From a virus: a stretch of 64,000 bases of DNA. The position numbers and the translations under genes were made by a program. This document shows, piece after piece, positions 19,097 through 29,356 of the stretch. Below the pieces are notes generated by a model. The model had not been told where the DNA came from. It saw nothing but the letters and a program-made list of their open reading frames with translations, and made no database searches. The stretch lies in the IMG/VR virus record IMGVR_UViG_3300045120_000498, positions 1-64,000 of that record; one strand, 5' to 3'. Position 1 is the stretch's first letter; every line of letters starts with the position of its first letter.

Positions 19097-21040
19097 TCAG
19101 TCCTCGGTCACTAGCTCGACAGCCGCGATCCACGCATCGCGGAACGCCGGATCGGCCAGAAGCTCCGCCTCCAGCATCGACAGCGCCGACTGCTGCACCA
19201 CGCGCTGCTCCGGCGGCGGCTGCTTCATCGGCGCGCCATACGGGTTCGTCGCCTGATCCACGCCATCGCCGCCGGTCGGCGCGCCCTCGCCCTGACTGTT
19301 CTGCTGCTGCTGATCCGACGGCGGCTGCTCCGGCGGCGCGCCCTGCGCCGCGGCCTGCGCCGCAACCACCGCCGGGTCCTGATAGCCGACCGGCAGGATG
19401 CGTTCCACCGCCTCTGCCGGGTCCTGCATCTCGAACGCCTCGCCGAGCGTGATCGTCAGCAGCGTCCGGCTCAACTCCAGGTTCGTGTTGTTCGGGTCGA
19501 ACGTCCGCGCCGTGTTCGTCACCGCGCTCACCAGGTCAGCCATCATCCGCCGCAGCGCCGACGGCATCTTGAACTCGTAGCTCAGGTCGCGCTCCGTCTG
19601 CGTCTCGTCCTGATCGTCCGCCGCTTCCTGCGTCGCCGTCGTGGTCGTCGTGGTCGTCTCCGCCTCCGGCTCGATGGCCGCCAGCGCCGACCCCTCCGGC
19701 GTCGCGAACTTGTCCAGCCGTCCCACCTCGACGGCCCGCTCGATCACCCGGTCGATGAACGCCCGGTACAGGTTCTCGAACAACTCCTGCCGCGCCTCGA
19801 CGTGCTTCAGCACCGGCAACTCCAGCGCCGTGTTGCCAGCCACAGTGCTCGCGCTCGCGTCGCCCAGGTAGTGCTGCGGCCAGCCGACCGCCGCGCTCAC
19901 CTGCGCCCGGATCATCTGCGTGTCCTGGATGGCGTTCGCCGACCCCGAATCGAGCTTGAACGGCGCCGAGTTCACCGCGTCGTTCTCCAGCAGGATCGAG
20001 GCGTTCGCCGGAGGAATCTTCGCCGCGCCCGTGTCCGGGATCGTCGCCGCGCCCAACTCCGACCGCCGCGAGATGGCCTGCGACGCCAGCTTCGACAACT
20101 GGCCCGGCGTCGCCTTCGCGGTCTGCTTCATGATGTACGCCGCCGCCGCCTTCGCCATGTCCACCCGCGCAGCGACGACCTCGTTGTAGCCCGACAGCCA
20201 CCGGAGCGTCCGCTGCATCGTCGGCACGCCGAACGCCATCTCCGACATCCGGTTCTGCGCGACGTGGTAGATGCGGCCCTCCGCCAGCTTCTCTGCGGGC
20301 GGCGTCGGGAACGTGACGCCTTCCTCTCGCAACACGCGCGGGTTCAGCCAGTGCTCGTAGTAGACGACCTTCTGGCCCATCCGCAGGTTCGACTGCTGAT
20401 CCCGCTCGTTCGTCAGGCCGCCGCGGCCGCCGCTCGTGCCGCCCGCCGTCTTCAGCATGTCGTTCTTGAAGTCCCACTCCGCGTCGGCCTTCTCGACCAC
20501 GTAGTAGAGGATGCGCATGGGGTTGTCCTGATCGCGCACCACGTCCACCACGCGGTCGTGCGGCATCACGGACACCTTCACCTTGCCGTCGTCGCCGCCG
20601 TCGAAGATCGTCAGGAACAGGTTCGACTGGAGCGACAGGTCGGTGCCCAGCGCCATCTGCGCCGCGTACGTCGTCAGCGCCGCCTTGTTGTCCACGTCGT
20701 CCCACGCCTCGTCGATCACGACCTGCACCTCGGGATCGCGCGCACGCGGGCGAGGCACGCCCCGCGCGAACGTAAAGTCGTTCTGCAGGTCCACCGCAGC
20801 GCCCGCCATCGGGTCGGTCCGCCACACGTCCCGCGCCGCGTGCGCCCACTGCCGCCGCGTCGCGATGGGCGCATCCGGCTGCCCCGTCCGGGTCAGGTAG
20901 TCGAGCGCCGTGTACCCGATCATGTCCAGGTCGCGCCGCGTCGCGCGAAGCTCGGTGACGGTCGCCTCGTGCAGCGCCAGGTCGTCCGTCGTGACGACCG
21001 CGAACCCGGTCGCCTCCCGAAGCCGATCAAGCAAACCCAT
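19097..21040 (-). CDS. Phage portal protein
   Basis: 647 aa; portal-like segments (DPMAGAAVDLQNDF, FGVPTMQ, IRAQVSAAVGWPQHYLGD), low-complexity tail; adjacent to the MuF gene. Family assignment is by pattern and synteny. Confidence 0.75.
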   Translation of the reverse strand: MGLLDRLREATGFAVVTTDDLALHEATVTELRATRRDLDMIGYTALDYLTRTGQPDAPIATRRQWAHAARDVWRTDPMAGAAVDLQNDFTFARGVPRPRARDPEVQVVIDEAWDDVDNKAALTTYAAQMALGTDLSLQSNLFLTIFDGGDDGKVKVSVMPHDRVVDVVRDQDNPMRILYYVVEKADAEWDFKNDMLKTAGGTSGGRGGLTNERDQQSNLRMGQKVVYYEHWLNPRVLREEGVTFPTPPAEKLAEGRIYHVAQNRMSEMAFGVPTMQRTLRWLSGYNEVVAARVDMAKAAAAYIMKQTAKATPGQLSKLASQAISRRSELGAATIPDTGAAKIPPANASILLENDAVNSAPFKLDSGSANAIQDTQMIRAQVSAAVGWPQHYLGDASASTVAGNTALELPVLKHVEARQELFENLYRAFIDRVIERAVEVGRLDKFATPEGSALAAIEPEAETTTTTTTATQEAADDQDETQTERDLSYEFKMPSALRRMMADLVSAVTNTARTFDPNNTNLELSRTLLTITLGEAFEMQDPAEAVERILPVGYQDPAVVAAQAAAQGAPPEQPPSDQQQQNSQGEGAPTGGDGVDQATNPYGAPMKQPPPEQRVVQQSALSMLEAELLADPAFRDAWIAAVELVTED

Positions 21041-21520
21041 CGACGCCCTCCCGTGACCGCCGGACGAGCTTCATCTTACGGACGACGGACATATCGTGCT
21101 CCCCCGTGACCTCCGTCCGACAGTTCTCGACCACTGCGCGGGGACCGTCGATCAGAAGTATCTGGAACAGACGCCGACCGTCCGTCAGATAGTCACCGAC
21201 CATCGGCTCGTATCGACGGAGCGTTCCCTGGTCCGCCATGCGAGCATCATAGGCCGCTACACGTCCACCAGTTCAGTACGCCGCGCCGCCCACACCCGCT
21301 CCTTCTCCGCTTGCCACGTCGGGCACGCGCAGTAGTCGCCCAGGCAGAACGCCATCAGCGACCGCGGACTCGTCGCCGCCATGATCGCCGACCGCTCCAC
21401 CCGGCAGTGGCAGCCGGACCCCGCCACCGCCTCGGCAATCGGCTCACCGGCGGGACAGCCCACCACGGGATCGAACACCCGTGGCAGGCCCGCCGTGATC
21501 CTCACGCGCGTGTCCGCCAT
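21027..21520 (-). other. Two small hypothetical CDSs (21027-21239, 21257-21520)
   Basis: 21239 is preceded by TATGAT + 6 nt (leaderless) and overlaps the portal start; the second ORF is Cys-rich. Confidence 0.55.
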
Positions 21521-21534
21521 CCGGCGGATGCTAC

Positions 21535-21897
21535 CTACGTCAGCGCGAACTCGGGCGAACGGCCCCGCGACTCGCCCGTGCGACGCACCTGCTCGCGCCG
21601 CTCCAGCACCCCGAGCGCGTGCGTTGCGCGCGACCGCGGCCCGCCGATGCGACGGCTAATCTCCGCCTTCGTCATCGGCCCTTCGCCGGTCAGCAGTTCC
21701 GCCACCTTGTCCGCGAAGTCCGGCTCGTCGCGCCGCTGGCCGACCGCCGGGTCGAGCGACTTCAGCGCCGTCTCGATCCGCCGCAGGTCGGCCTTCGCAG
21801 CGTCCAGCCGCTCCATCAGCGCACGCACCTCGTCGTGCTTCTCGTCGCGCGCAGCGACAAGTTCCGCGGTCGCTGTATCCATCCGCGATCCGGCCAT
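21535..21897 (-). CDS. Coiled-coil plus winged-HTH DNA-binding protein
   Basis: N-terminal heptads then GPMTKAEISRRIGG...THALGVLERREQVRR wHTH pattern. Confidence 0.6.
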   Translation of the reverse strand: MAGSRMDTATAELVAARDEKHDEVRALMERLDAAKADLRRIETALKSLDPAVGQRRDEPDFADKVAELLTGEGPMTKAEISRRIGGPRSRATHALGVLERREQVRRTGESRGRSPEFALT

Positions 21898-21982
21898 GTT
21901 GAAGCTCCCTTGCACTCGGGGGTTCGTCGGCACGAACCCAGTACGCGAAGATTACCAGCCCGGTGTCGGTATGTGCCAGCCG

Positions 21983-22552
21983 CTAGCGCGACCCGGCGAC
22001 CGCTTCCACGTCACCGTCAGCCATGAGCAACTGACGGTCGAGCGACCGGATCGTGCGCGAGCCGGTGCGCTTCTCAGCACACTCCGGTCCCAGCCCGCGC
22101 TCGATGGACTCGATGTCGGTCAGTTGCGCGCCGCACCGGCCGCACCGCGCCGCTTCGACCGCCTCGACCGTGCCGTTGCTCGGCGTCGGCACCTCGCCCG
22201 TCCAGGCGTACTGGAGCGCCGCATGCGCCGCGTACCGGATCAGCGGCCGATGCCCGCGCTCGTCCCGCCCCTCGAACGCCTGCCGCGAGAGCAGGTTCAG
22301 GTGCAGGCACGTGATCGGCTGCACGCCGTTCGCCCAGTCGGCCGACCCGTGCACGCTCACGCTCAGGTTCCGCGAACCGTCACGGCCATGCCACTGCCGG
22401 ATGGCGAACGTCTCGTGGTAGCGGCGGCCTCCGTCAGCCTGCGCCACCGTCACGGTGACGAGGACGACGCCCTTCCGATTATCGGACTGGGCGAGTGCCG
22501 CCAGTTGCCGACCGACGCGAGTGTCGGTGTTGATCGGGAAGTCGTAGAACAC
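21983..22552 (-). CDS. DUF6011-like phage protein
   Basis: C-terminal RCGRCGAQLTDIESIERGLGPEC zinc motif typical of this family. Confidence 0.7.
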   Translation of the reverse strand: MFYDFPINTDTRVGRQLAALAQSDNRKGVVLVTVTVAQADGGRRYHETFAIRQWHGRDGSRNLSVSVHGSADWANGVQPITCLHLNLLSRQAFEGRDERGHRPLIRYAAHAALQYAWTGEVPTPSNGTVEAVEAARCGRCGAQLTDIESIERGLGPECAEKRTGSRTIRSLDRQLLMADGDVEAVAGSR

Positions 22553-22575
22553 GGCTACCTCTCATCGCTCGGCCA

Positions 22576-22598
22576 AGCGTAGCACACGTTGTGTGTCT
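22576..22598 (-). promoter_or_regulatory. Operator/promoter only
   Basis: ACACAC-aac-GTGTGC-TACGCT upstream of the DUF6011-like gene. Confidence 0.7.
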
Positions 22599-22781
22599 CA
22601 GAGGGGTCAGCCGAAGGCGCCGAGGGGCATACGCACCCCTCGACGCCCGTGTGGCTCCACGCCTGCCTCCTGCCACGGAAGGCCGACAGCCCAGTGTAGA
22701 CCGCCTACCCCCCAACGGTCCCGCCCGCGGACCATTCCCAGCGAGTCCAGGCCGCGAGTCCCTACTAGCCGTCGAACGGTA

Positions 22782-23153
22782 CTACCGCTCGGCCGCGTCT
22801 GCCGGATGCGGCATCTCGCGCTCTGCCACCCACACCACACGCCGCTTCGGTATCCGGTTCGCAACACGCACCTCCCGCAGCACCGGCCCCCACTGCGGCA
22901 CCAGGTGCACGGCGTCCTTCGCGTCCAGCGACACCTCCCACAGGTCCCACCAGCCGTACGGCGAACCGAACGCCTGCGCCGACAGCCGCCACGCTCGCAC
23001 CGGCGTCGGACCCAGGCAGATCATCTGCTCCCAGTCCGTCACCGCCATCACGCCGCCCGGCGCCGTCGGCCGCTTCCCGGGCACCAGCCCGAGCCGCGTG
23101 ATCCCCGTCCGGCGCTCCCGCGGGGACCAGTGAAAGAGCACGTCGAGGATCAC
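22782..23153 (-). CDS. Hypothetical protein, possible ART/KptA-like fold
   Basis: N-terminal LFHWSP...I...GL.P pattern resembles the first strand of ADP-ribosyltransferase-fold enzymes; weak. Confidence 0.4.
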   Translation of the reverse strand: MILDVLFHWSPRERRTGITRLGLVPGKRPTAPGGVMAVTDWEQMICLGPTPVRAWRLSAQAFGSPYGWWDLWEVSLDAKDAVHLVPQWGPVLREVRVANRIPKRRVVWVAEREMPHPADAAER

Positions 23154-23163
23154 TCATCCGAGC

Positions 23164-23553
23164 TTATACGGCGGCCGCCCGGTCGCCTGTCAGCCGTCGC
23201 CATGCCGCCGCAATCCCGCCCGCCACGAACACCGCCCGCGCCTGCTCCTCCACCGTCAGATGCGGCAACAGGTCAATCGTCCGGCGGTCATACGACCGGT
23301 GATGCGTCACGCACAGCGGCACCACGTCCACCGGGTTCACCCACAGCGTCTCGTCGCCCAGCGTGCGCGGCCCGTCGTGCTCGCGGCCGATCAGGTGCGC
23401 AGCCTCCACCTTGCCCTTCCGCTTGCACGCCCGACACCGACCCTCCGCCTTGCACTTCGCCAGCGCGTCCGACCAGTCCCGCTCCACCCGCACCCGCTTC
23501 ATCGCCGACCGCTTCAACGGCGTGTTGCGAGCGGGCGGCCCGGACCGCTTCAT
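23164..23553 (-). CDS. HNH-like (His-Me finger) endonuclease
   Basis: CRAC...EAAHL...NPVDVVPLCVTHH motif order. Confidence 0.65.
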   Translation of the reverse strand: MKRSGPPARNTPLKRSAMKRVRVERDWSDALAKCKAEGRCRACKRKGKVEAAHLIGREHDGPRTLGDETLWVNPVDVVPLCVTHHRSYDRRTIDLLPHLTVEEQARAVFVAGGIAAAWRRLTGDRAAAV

Positions 23554-25067
23554 CGCCGCCGTCGGAAGTCCGCCGCGTAAGGGCACTCGGCGAAGTGAGT
23601 CACGTACCGCAGCGCGCCCGCCGGAGCCGCCTCGCCCTTCTTCAGCACGTGCGCGAGCGGCGGCCGGGCGCCATCCGCGGGCAGGATGATCACGTTCCCG
23701 TCCGGCACCGGCTCCGGGTTCAGCGGCATCATCCGCGGCGGCGCGGCCTGCCACCCCGTCTCGGTCGCGTAGAACTTCACCGGCGCGCCGCACTTCGAGC
23801 ACTGATTGACCGGCGCCATCACGCAGCCCGGCCGCGGCACACCCCAGCCCGCGGCTCCATCCGCACCCGGCGTCGGACGCCACCGCCCCTCTCAGCGCCC
23901 CCGGCACGGCACGACACGACGCGATCCGCCGCACGCTGCCGAACCCCTGTCTCCGCCGGGCGGCGCTCACGCGCCCGCCTACGCGCCTCGCGCGCGAGCC
24001 GTCGAAGCTCCGGCAGCAGCCGCTCGACCACGCGCTTTACCGCCGCCGCGAACTTGCGCACCACGCCAGCCAGCCGCTCCATCGCACGCCGGAACCGCTC
24101 CATCATCTCGATCAGGTCGTCGGACACGCTGCCCCCTCGGTCAAGGATAATCAGCCCCGCCGCAGGTCACGACTTCCGCCTCCGCCGCCTGCGCGCCTGC
24201 ACCATGTCCGACGCCAGCTTCAGGCGCGCGTGGTGCGGCTGCTCCATCAGCAGCCGCGTCGGGCCGATGCACTTCACGCCGCTCGCAACACCACACACCG
24301 GGCAGGCCGCGCCCTTGACCGCGAACTCCGCCGTCTTCTCGTCCATCAGAACCGATTCCCAGGCACGAACGCCGCACCCGGCAGCAACTCCGACATCGGC
24401 CGAAGCGCAGCCTGCGGGACGAAGAACGCCGGTCGGCCCTTCCTCGCCGGATCGCCCCACCACCGCGTCTGCTTGCCGTTGGCGCCGTGAATCCAGCCGA
24501 CCATCGTCAGCGTCGGCGGGGTGCCCGTCACGAGCACGAACGTCCCGTCTTCCGGATCGCGGGCGGTGTCGTGCAGGATCAGCCGTCCGTTCGCGTAGGT
24601 CGTGCTCCGCACGTGGATGTTCGGGAACACGTCCGGCGCGCCGGTCACGCGCTCCAGCACCGCGTACCAGTGCCGCCCGAGCGTCCGCGAGACGACGTAC
24701 TCCGCCGCGGCGCCCAGAGCGTGGTTCTCGGTCGGATCGCGCGGCGGCGCGCCGTACGGCTCAGGACGGCCCTTCTCGACCGCCGCCTGCTGGCGCAACA
24801 CACCGACGTACGCCACGTACCGCATCTCGATGCCGGACAGCCCGACCCGCATCAGTGCCGCCGCCGGTTCGACTCGACCGCCGTCGCCACCGCGTACACC
24901 GACTTCACGTCGTTCGGCCGCGACCGCGCAGGCACCAGCGCCGCCCGCCGCGCGTGCACCTTGTCCGCCCGCTTGTCCTCGCAGCCAATCGAGCAGTATT
25001 CGCCGACCCGCGCATGGCACGTCGGGCACGAGAACGACAGCGCGTCCGTGTACCGGGCGCGACTCAT
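23550..25067 (-). other. Five small CDSs (23550-23819, 23819-24127, 24167-24346, 24346-24852, 24852-25067), three with zinc-finger CxxC motifs
   Basis: Overlapping start/stop codons; CSKCG...HFAEC, CPVCG...C...H, CPTCH...C...H. Confidence 0.6.
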
Positions 25068-27457
25068 GCCGCCTCCGCCTGCCGCTCGGCCATCCGCGCC
25101 ACCAGGCTCGCCATGATCGACTCACCGCTCGCGCCGACCGTGCCCGAGTTCACCGCGTCGGTCACCGCCCGCTTCGCGTCGATCAGGTCCGCCATGTCCA
25201 GGTCGAACGTGTCCTCACCCAGCAGGTAGTAGCTGGAGATGCCGTGCGCGTCGTTCAGGCGCCCGTAGGCCCGGCCCTCGGCCTGATCCACGTCACCCGG
25301 CCGCCAGGGAAGCTCGACGAACGCGACGTGATGCGCCGCGGTGATCGTCAGGCCGACACCGCCGACACTCAGCGAGATGACGATGAGCGGCACGCTCGCG
25401 TCCTCCTGGAACCGGCGCACCTGCTCGTCGCGCACCTGCGGCGCGTCGTCGGCCAGCACCCGCGCGGCCGTCGGGAAGGCGTCCAGCAGCGCCCGCTGCA
25501 CGTCCACGTGCCAGGTGAACAGGATCAGCTTCTCGCCCTGCTCGACGAACTCCGCCGCCCACTCCTTGACCGCCTCGATCTTGCCCTCGCCGGTCAGCCG
25601 CCGCAGCGCAGTCATCCGGCGCAGAGCCTCCGCCGACTCAGCCCGCTTGCCCACCTCGTCGGCGTGCTTCTTCACCGCCGCCTCACGCTCGGCCTTCGAC
25701 AGCCCCGCCAGCGTCGCCCGGAACGCGGAGTCCGCGGCCGCCTGCGTCCGCGCCCACTCCACCACGTCCTTCTCCGCCCGGCGATACTCGGCCCGGTTCG
25801 TGATCGGCAGCAGCACCGACTGGCGCTGCACTGGCGGAAGCTCCGTCAGCACGTCGCGCTTGTCGCGCCGCACGTAGCACACCTCGCGCAGCCGCTCGTT
25901 CAACTCGTCCAGGTGCGACGCGCCCGACACGTCCCAGTGCCCAAGCCCGTCCACGTGCCCGTCGCAGTAGCGCCGCTGGTAGTACCCGCTGCCGCCAAGC
26001 TCCCCGATCCGGCCCAGGATCGAGAGCGGCGACAGAAGCTCAATCGGCCGGTTCAGGATCGCCGTGCCGGTCGCCATCAGCCGCAGCTTCGCGAGCCGCG
26101 CGATGCTACCCGCGGCAATCGTGCGCTGTGCCTTCGGGTTCTTCAGATAGTGCGCCTCGTCGAAAATGACGGCGCCCAGCTTCGTGCCCGTGAACCGCGG
26201 CAGCACCTTCTTCAGGATGTCGTAGTTCACGACCATAAAGTCGGCCGTCGTGTCGTTCAGCGTGATCGTCCGGCGCCCACCGCCCGCCAGCGCGTGCTTC
26301 CGGAAGCTGCCCGCCTTCACCTCGCCCTTCGAGTCGAGCAGCGTGATCGACCGGCCCGGCAGCCACAAGTCAAGCTCGCGCAGCCAGTTGATCTTGACCA
26401 GGTTCGGCACCACGATCAGCGCCGGGAAGGCGTCCGCCGCCTGCACCGCCAGCATCGTCTGCGGCGTCTTGCCCAGACCCATCTCGTCGCCGATGATCCC
26501 GCGGCCGTCCGCGTGCTCCAGCAGGTAGCGAATGCCCGCCTTCTGGAACGGATGCAGCGCCAGCCCCTCGCGGATGCCCGCGATATCCAGGTCGGCGTCA
26601 AGCGCCCGGCTGGCGTCCACCTTCGCGCCGCGCACCGCGTCCGCAGCCTCCACCGCAGCGACCAACTCGGGCGCCACCGTGAAGCCCTTCGACTCCAGTT
26701 CGACCAGCTTCCGCGCTCGCGCCAGCGGCACCTCCCAGCGGGTCGCGCCGCGGTTGAACGTCGCGCCCGTGATCGTCCGCATGATCGCCACGATGTCCGC
26801 CGCGTACGGGAAGAACACCAGCGCCTTGTCGCCGTCAAGCTCGACCCGGCACGGCGGCTTCGCAGCCTCCGCCTCAGCCCACTCCGCGAACGCCGCCAGC
26901 GCGTGCCGAGCACCATCGCTCATGGCCGCGCCGAACCGCTCCGCCCACACCGCCAGCACCGCCGCGCCCGCCGGGCGAACGATCCACCGGCGCAAGTCGC
27001 GGTCCCACGCCCGCGCGTCCTTCGGCACCTCGCGGATGCCCGCCACCATCTCGTCGTCGTACGGGAACCGGACATCGAAGTCGTCGCCGCTCATCACGAT
27101 CCGCGGCTGATTCGCCGTCCGCCGCTCCGCCGCGCGCTTGTGCACCCGGTACGTGTACGCGAACTCGCGCGCCGCGCCTCGCGCCTCGTCGGACGCCAGC
27201 GGCACCTGCGGCACCGGGATCGCGTCGAAGTCGATGCCGTAGCCCGCAAGCTGCCCGCGGTACTTCCGCAGCATCACCCACGCGCCGTACTCGACCTCCG
27301 CGCCCCACGTCGCCTGATCGGTCGCCGCGAGCGCCTGTCCGATGTACGTGTCGGCCTTGTTGAAACCCTGCCCGTTGAGCGCCGTTGCGAAGTCGCCGTC
27401 GCGTGCTGCAAGCGCCTGCGCCGCCCCTACGAGAGTCGGTTCCGTCTTCGTCGCCAT
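25064..27457 (-). CDS. SNF2-family (HARP/SMARCAL1-like) helicase with N-terminal extension
   Basis: GDEMGLGKT (I), DEAH (II), ATGTAILNRPIEL (III), VGGVGLTIT (V), QAEGRAYGR (VI); start refined to MATKT after the cassette SD. Confidence 0.9.
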   Translation of the reverse strand: MATKTEPTLVGAAQALAARDGDFATALNGQGFNKADTYIGQALAATDQATWGAEVEYGAWVMLRKYRGQLAGYGIDFDAIPVPQVPLASDEARGAAREFAYTYRVHKRAAERRTANQPRIVMSGDDFDVRFPYDDEMVAGIREVPKDARAWDRDLRRWIVRPAGAAVLAVWAERFGAAMSDGARHALAAFAEWAEAEAAKPPCRVELDGDKALVFFPYAADIVAIMRTITGATFNRGATRWEVPLARARKLVELESKGFTVAPELVAAVEAADAVRGAKVDASRALDADLDIAGIREGLALHPFQKAGIRYLLEHADGRGIIGDEMGLGKTPQTMLAVQAADAFPALIVVPNLVKINWLRELDLWLPGRSITLLDSKGEVKAGSFRKHALAGGGRRTITLNDTTADFMVVNYDILKKVLPRFTGTKLGAVIFDEAHYLKNPKAQRTIAAGSIARLAKLRLMATGTAILNRPIELLSPLSILGRIGELGGSGYYQRRYCDGHVDGLGHWDVSGASHLDELNERLREVCYVRRDKRDVLTELPPVQRQSVLLPITNRAEYRRAEKDVVEWARTQAAADSAFRATLAGLSKAEREAAVKKHADEVGKRAESAEALRRMTALRRLTGEGKIEAVKEWAAEFVEQGEKLILFTWHVDVQRALLDAFPTAARVLADDAPQVRDEQVRRFQEDASVPLIVISLSVGGVGLTITAAHHVAFVELPWRPGDVDQAEGRAYGRLNDAHGISSYYLLGEDTFDLDMADLIDAKRAVTDAVNSGTVGASGESIMASLVARMAERQAEAA

Positions 27458-27469
27458 CTCAGCACCCGT

Positions 27470-27519
27470 CCTTTCCGCGGGTCTTCCCGCACACGAACCA
27501 TAGCACACTTTGCGTGTAT
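27470..27519 (-). promoter_or_regulatory. Full expression cassette (helicase)
   Basis: Palindrome, TATGGT, 6 nt, GCGGG aaga CCCGC, GGAAAGG. Confidence 0.8.
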
Positions 27520-27613
27520 CTAGCGGCCCTGACTGCCCGCCCCACGGCATGGGGCGGGCATGGTCGGGAGGTGCGTAGGAACGTGTTGCGAGGATACCCG
27601 GTTTGCGCCCGGG

Positions 27614-27847
27614 TCACTCGCCCTTCGGCCCAGCTTCGGGTGACTTTCCGCCCGCGCGTCCCAGCAGATAGCCCGACCCCAGCCCGAGCACGCCCGCGAA
27701 CATCGTGCCGAACCCGCTGATCATCCGCGACGCGATCACCTTGTCGCCGACCAGCGCCACGACCATCATCCCGACTCCGTACAGCAGCAGCAGCAGCACC
27801 ATCCCGCGCACGAACCGCAGGAACAGGGAGTCTTGTTCGCGGCTCAC
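27614..27847 (-). CDS. Small two-TM membrane protein (holin-like possible)
   Basis: Two hydrophobic helices; TATGCT + 6 nt + GTG leaderless start. Holin role is a guess. Confidence 0.5.
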   Translation of the reverse strand: MSREQDSLFLRFVRGMVLLLLLYGVGMMVVALVGDKVIASRMISGFGTMFAGVLGLGSGYLLGRAGGKSPEAGPKGE

Positions 27848-28051
27848 GACGCAAGCATAGACCCCCTGGAAAGTGCCGGTTTCTGTCCGTCTGACAGACG
27901 CAGAGAGGGGAGCGACGACCGGCGCGGCCCAGCGGCGGCTAGGTCGGCCGCCGCCACTCCCCGACACACGATGCTACCCGAGCATGACGACGGGGCGCCC
28001 ATCTGGACGCCCCGTCTCGCGCATTCATCCCCAGCAAGGTGTTCGCCGAGT

Positions 28052-28882
28052 TTACAGGTACTCGCGGCGGTACTTCTTCTCCGCCTTCGCCTGCGCCGTC
28101 TCGCGCACCGTCTCGGCCGTCTCGCCCGTCTTGAAGACGATGGCCTCGATCAGCTTCTCCGCGTCGGCCTGGTACTCGGCGATCAGCCCGCTCAGGTGGG
28201 TCGCGCCGCGCTGGTGGCGGTCGGAGTTCAGCACGATCACCTGGAGCAGCGCGCTGGTCAACTCGTTGCGCGCCGTGACCAGCGTGGCGACCGTCGTGTA
28301 CCGGAGCCGCAGCGTCGTGCCGTCCGGGTTCGTGATCGCCTTCGCCGCCTTCGCGTCGGCCTTGGCCTGCTTCTCAGCCTGCTTGGCCGCGGCCTCGTCG
28401 GCCGTCAGCCGCTCCGTGCGGGTCAGCAGCCCGGCCGCCTTCAGCCGCGCATACTCGCTCGGCGCGTCCGGGAAGCAGACCGTGCACGCCTTCTCGCCGC
28501 AGTCCGCGACCATCGCCGCCTCGTCGCAGTCGGCCAACTCGACCAGCCAGGCGTACTGCGTCGTCGCGTAGCAGGTCGTGCAGTCCGTCCCGCGGTGCAC
28601 GTGGCCGTTGCCGTTCGTCACCAGGAAGTACCGGTTCCACTGATCGACCGCGTAGCGGGCCTGGTAGGGCGCCGCCGCCTCGCGCAGCCCGGCCAGCGTC
28701 TCGCGAAGCTCCGCGATAGCCGCCTCGCCGCGCTCGACATCGTACGGGCGCGCCTCGCGCCCGCGCGGGTTCATGAACTTCTGCCAGCCCGCGATGGACG
28801 CCTCGGCCTTGGCCTGCGCCGCCCAGTTCTCCGCGAGGAACGTGTCCACCTCGACCGGAGTCATCGTCGCCACGTAGGTCAT
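28052..28882 (-). CDS. Hypothetical phage protein with His/Cys metal motif
   Basis: GHVHRGTDCTTC...ACTVCFP; starts after a full cassette. Confidence 0.65.
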   Translation of the reverse strand: MTYVATMTPVEVDTFLAENWAAQAKAEASIAGWQKFMNPRGREARPYDVERGEAAIAELRETLAGLREAAAPYQARYAVDQWNRYFLVTNGNGHVHRGTDCTTCYATTQYAWLVELADCDEAAMVADCGEKACTVCFPDAPSEYARLKAAGLLTRTERLTADEAAAKQAEKQAKADAKAAKAITNPDGTTLRLRYTTVATLVTARNELTSALLQVIVLNSDRHQRGATHLSGLIAEYQADAEKLIEAIVFKTGETAETVRETAQAKAEKKYRREYL

Positions 28883-28892
28883 CTCGTCGCGT

Positions 28893-28945
28893 CCTTTCCG
28901 CGGGGTCCCTCCCCGCACACAGAGAATAGCACACTCCGTGTGTAT
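28893..28945 (-). promoter_or_regulatory. Full expression cassette
   Basis: Palindrome, TATTCT, 6 nt, hairpin, GGAAAGG; abuts the hicA stop. Confidence 0.8.
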
Positions 28946-29347
28946 CTACGCAGTCGCGACGGCGGCGCCTGTCATGGCCGCCGCCATGATGCTCATGAGC
29001 GTCCCCCGCGGAATCGAGTGCGACCCGTGCATCGGCACGATCACCTTCCGGCCGCCGCCCGGCGGCTCGAACACCGCGTGCGACCCCTTCTGACCGACCT
29101 TCGTGAAGCCCGCCTTCGTGAGCATCTTCCCGATCTGCTTCGGCGTCATCGCCGGGAACCGCGAGCCGACGAACCTCCGCGGCTGGCCCGACTCGATGAA
29201 CCGGCCCGAGTTCGGGTCGGTCGGATGTAGCGCCTTGCTCCACGGCACGTGCGGGCCGCGCGCCTCCATGATCCGGGCCGCCCGCAGCGCGACCGGCCGC
29301 GTCAGGCCGCGCGCCTCGAACCGCGCCACGAGCGCCCAGAACGTCAC
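28946..29347 (-). CDS. hicA: HicA-family mRNA interferase domain fused to an N-terminal HP-x-D-x3-GRF-type segment
   Basis: C-terminal half MTPKQIGKMLTKAGF...QKGSHAVF...VIVPMH...IPRGTLMSI matches the HicA fold including the GSH motif; leaderless TAGACT + 6 nt + GTG. Confidence 0.8.
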   Translation of the reverse strand: MTFWALVARFEARGLTRPVALRAARIMEARGPHVPWSKALHPTDPNSGRFIESGQPRRFVGSRFPAMTPKQIGKMLTKAGFTKVGQKGSHAVFEPPGGGRKVIVPMHGSHSIPRGTLMSIMAAAMTGAAVATA

Positions 29348-29356
29348 GCGCCCAGT

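Noticed and set aside
22600-22780. Intergenic stretch with hairpins and a TACACT hexamer
   Set aside because: Stems are short for this GC content and there is no second copy or recognisable family; insufficient support for an ncRNA or CDS.
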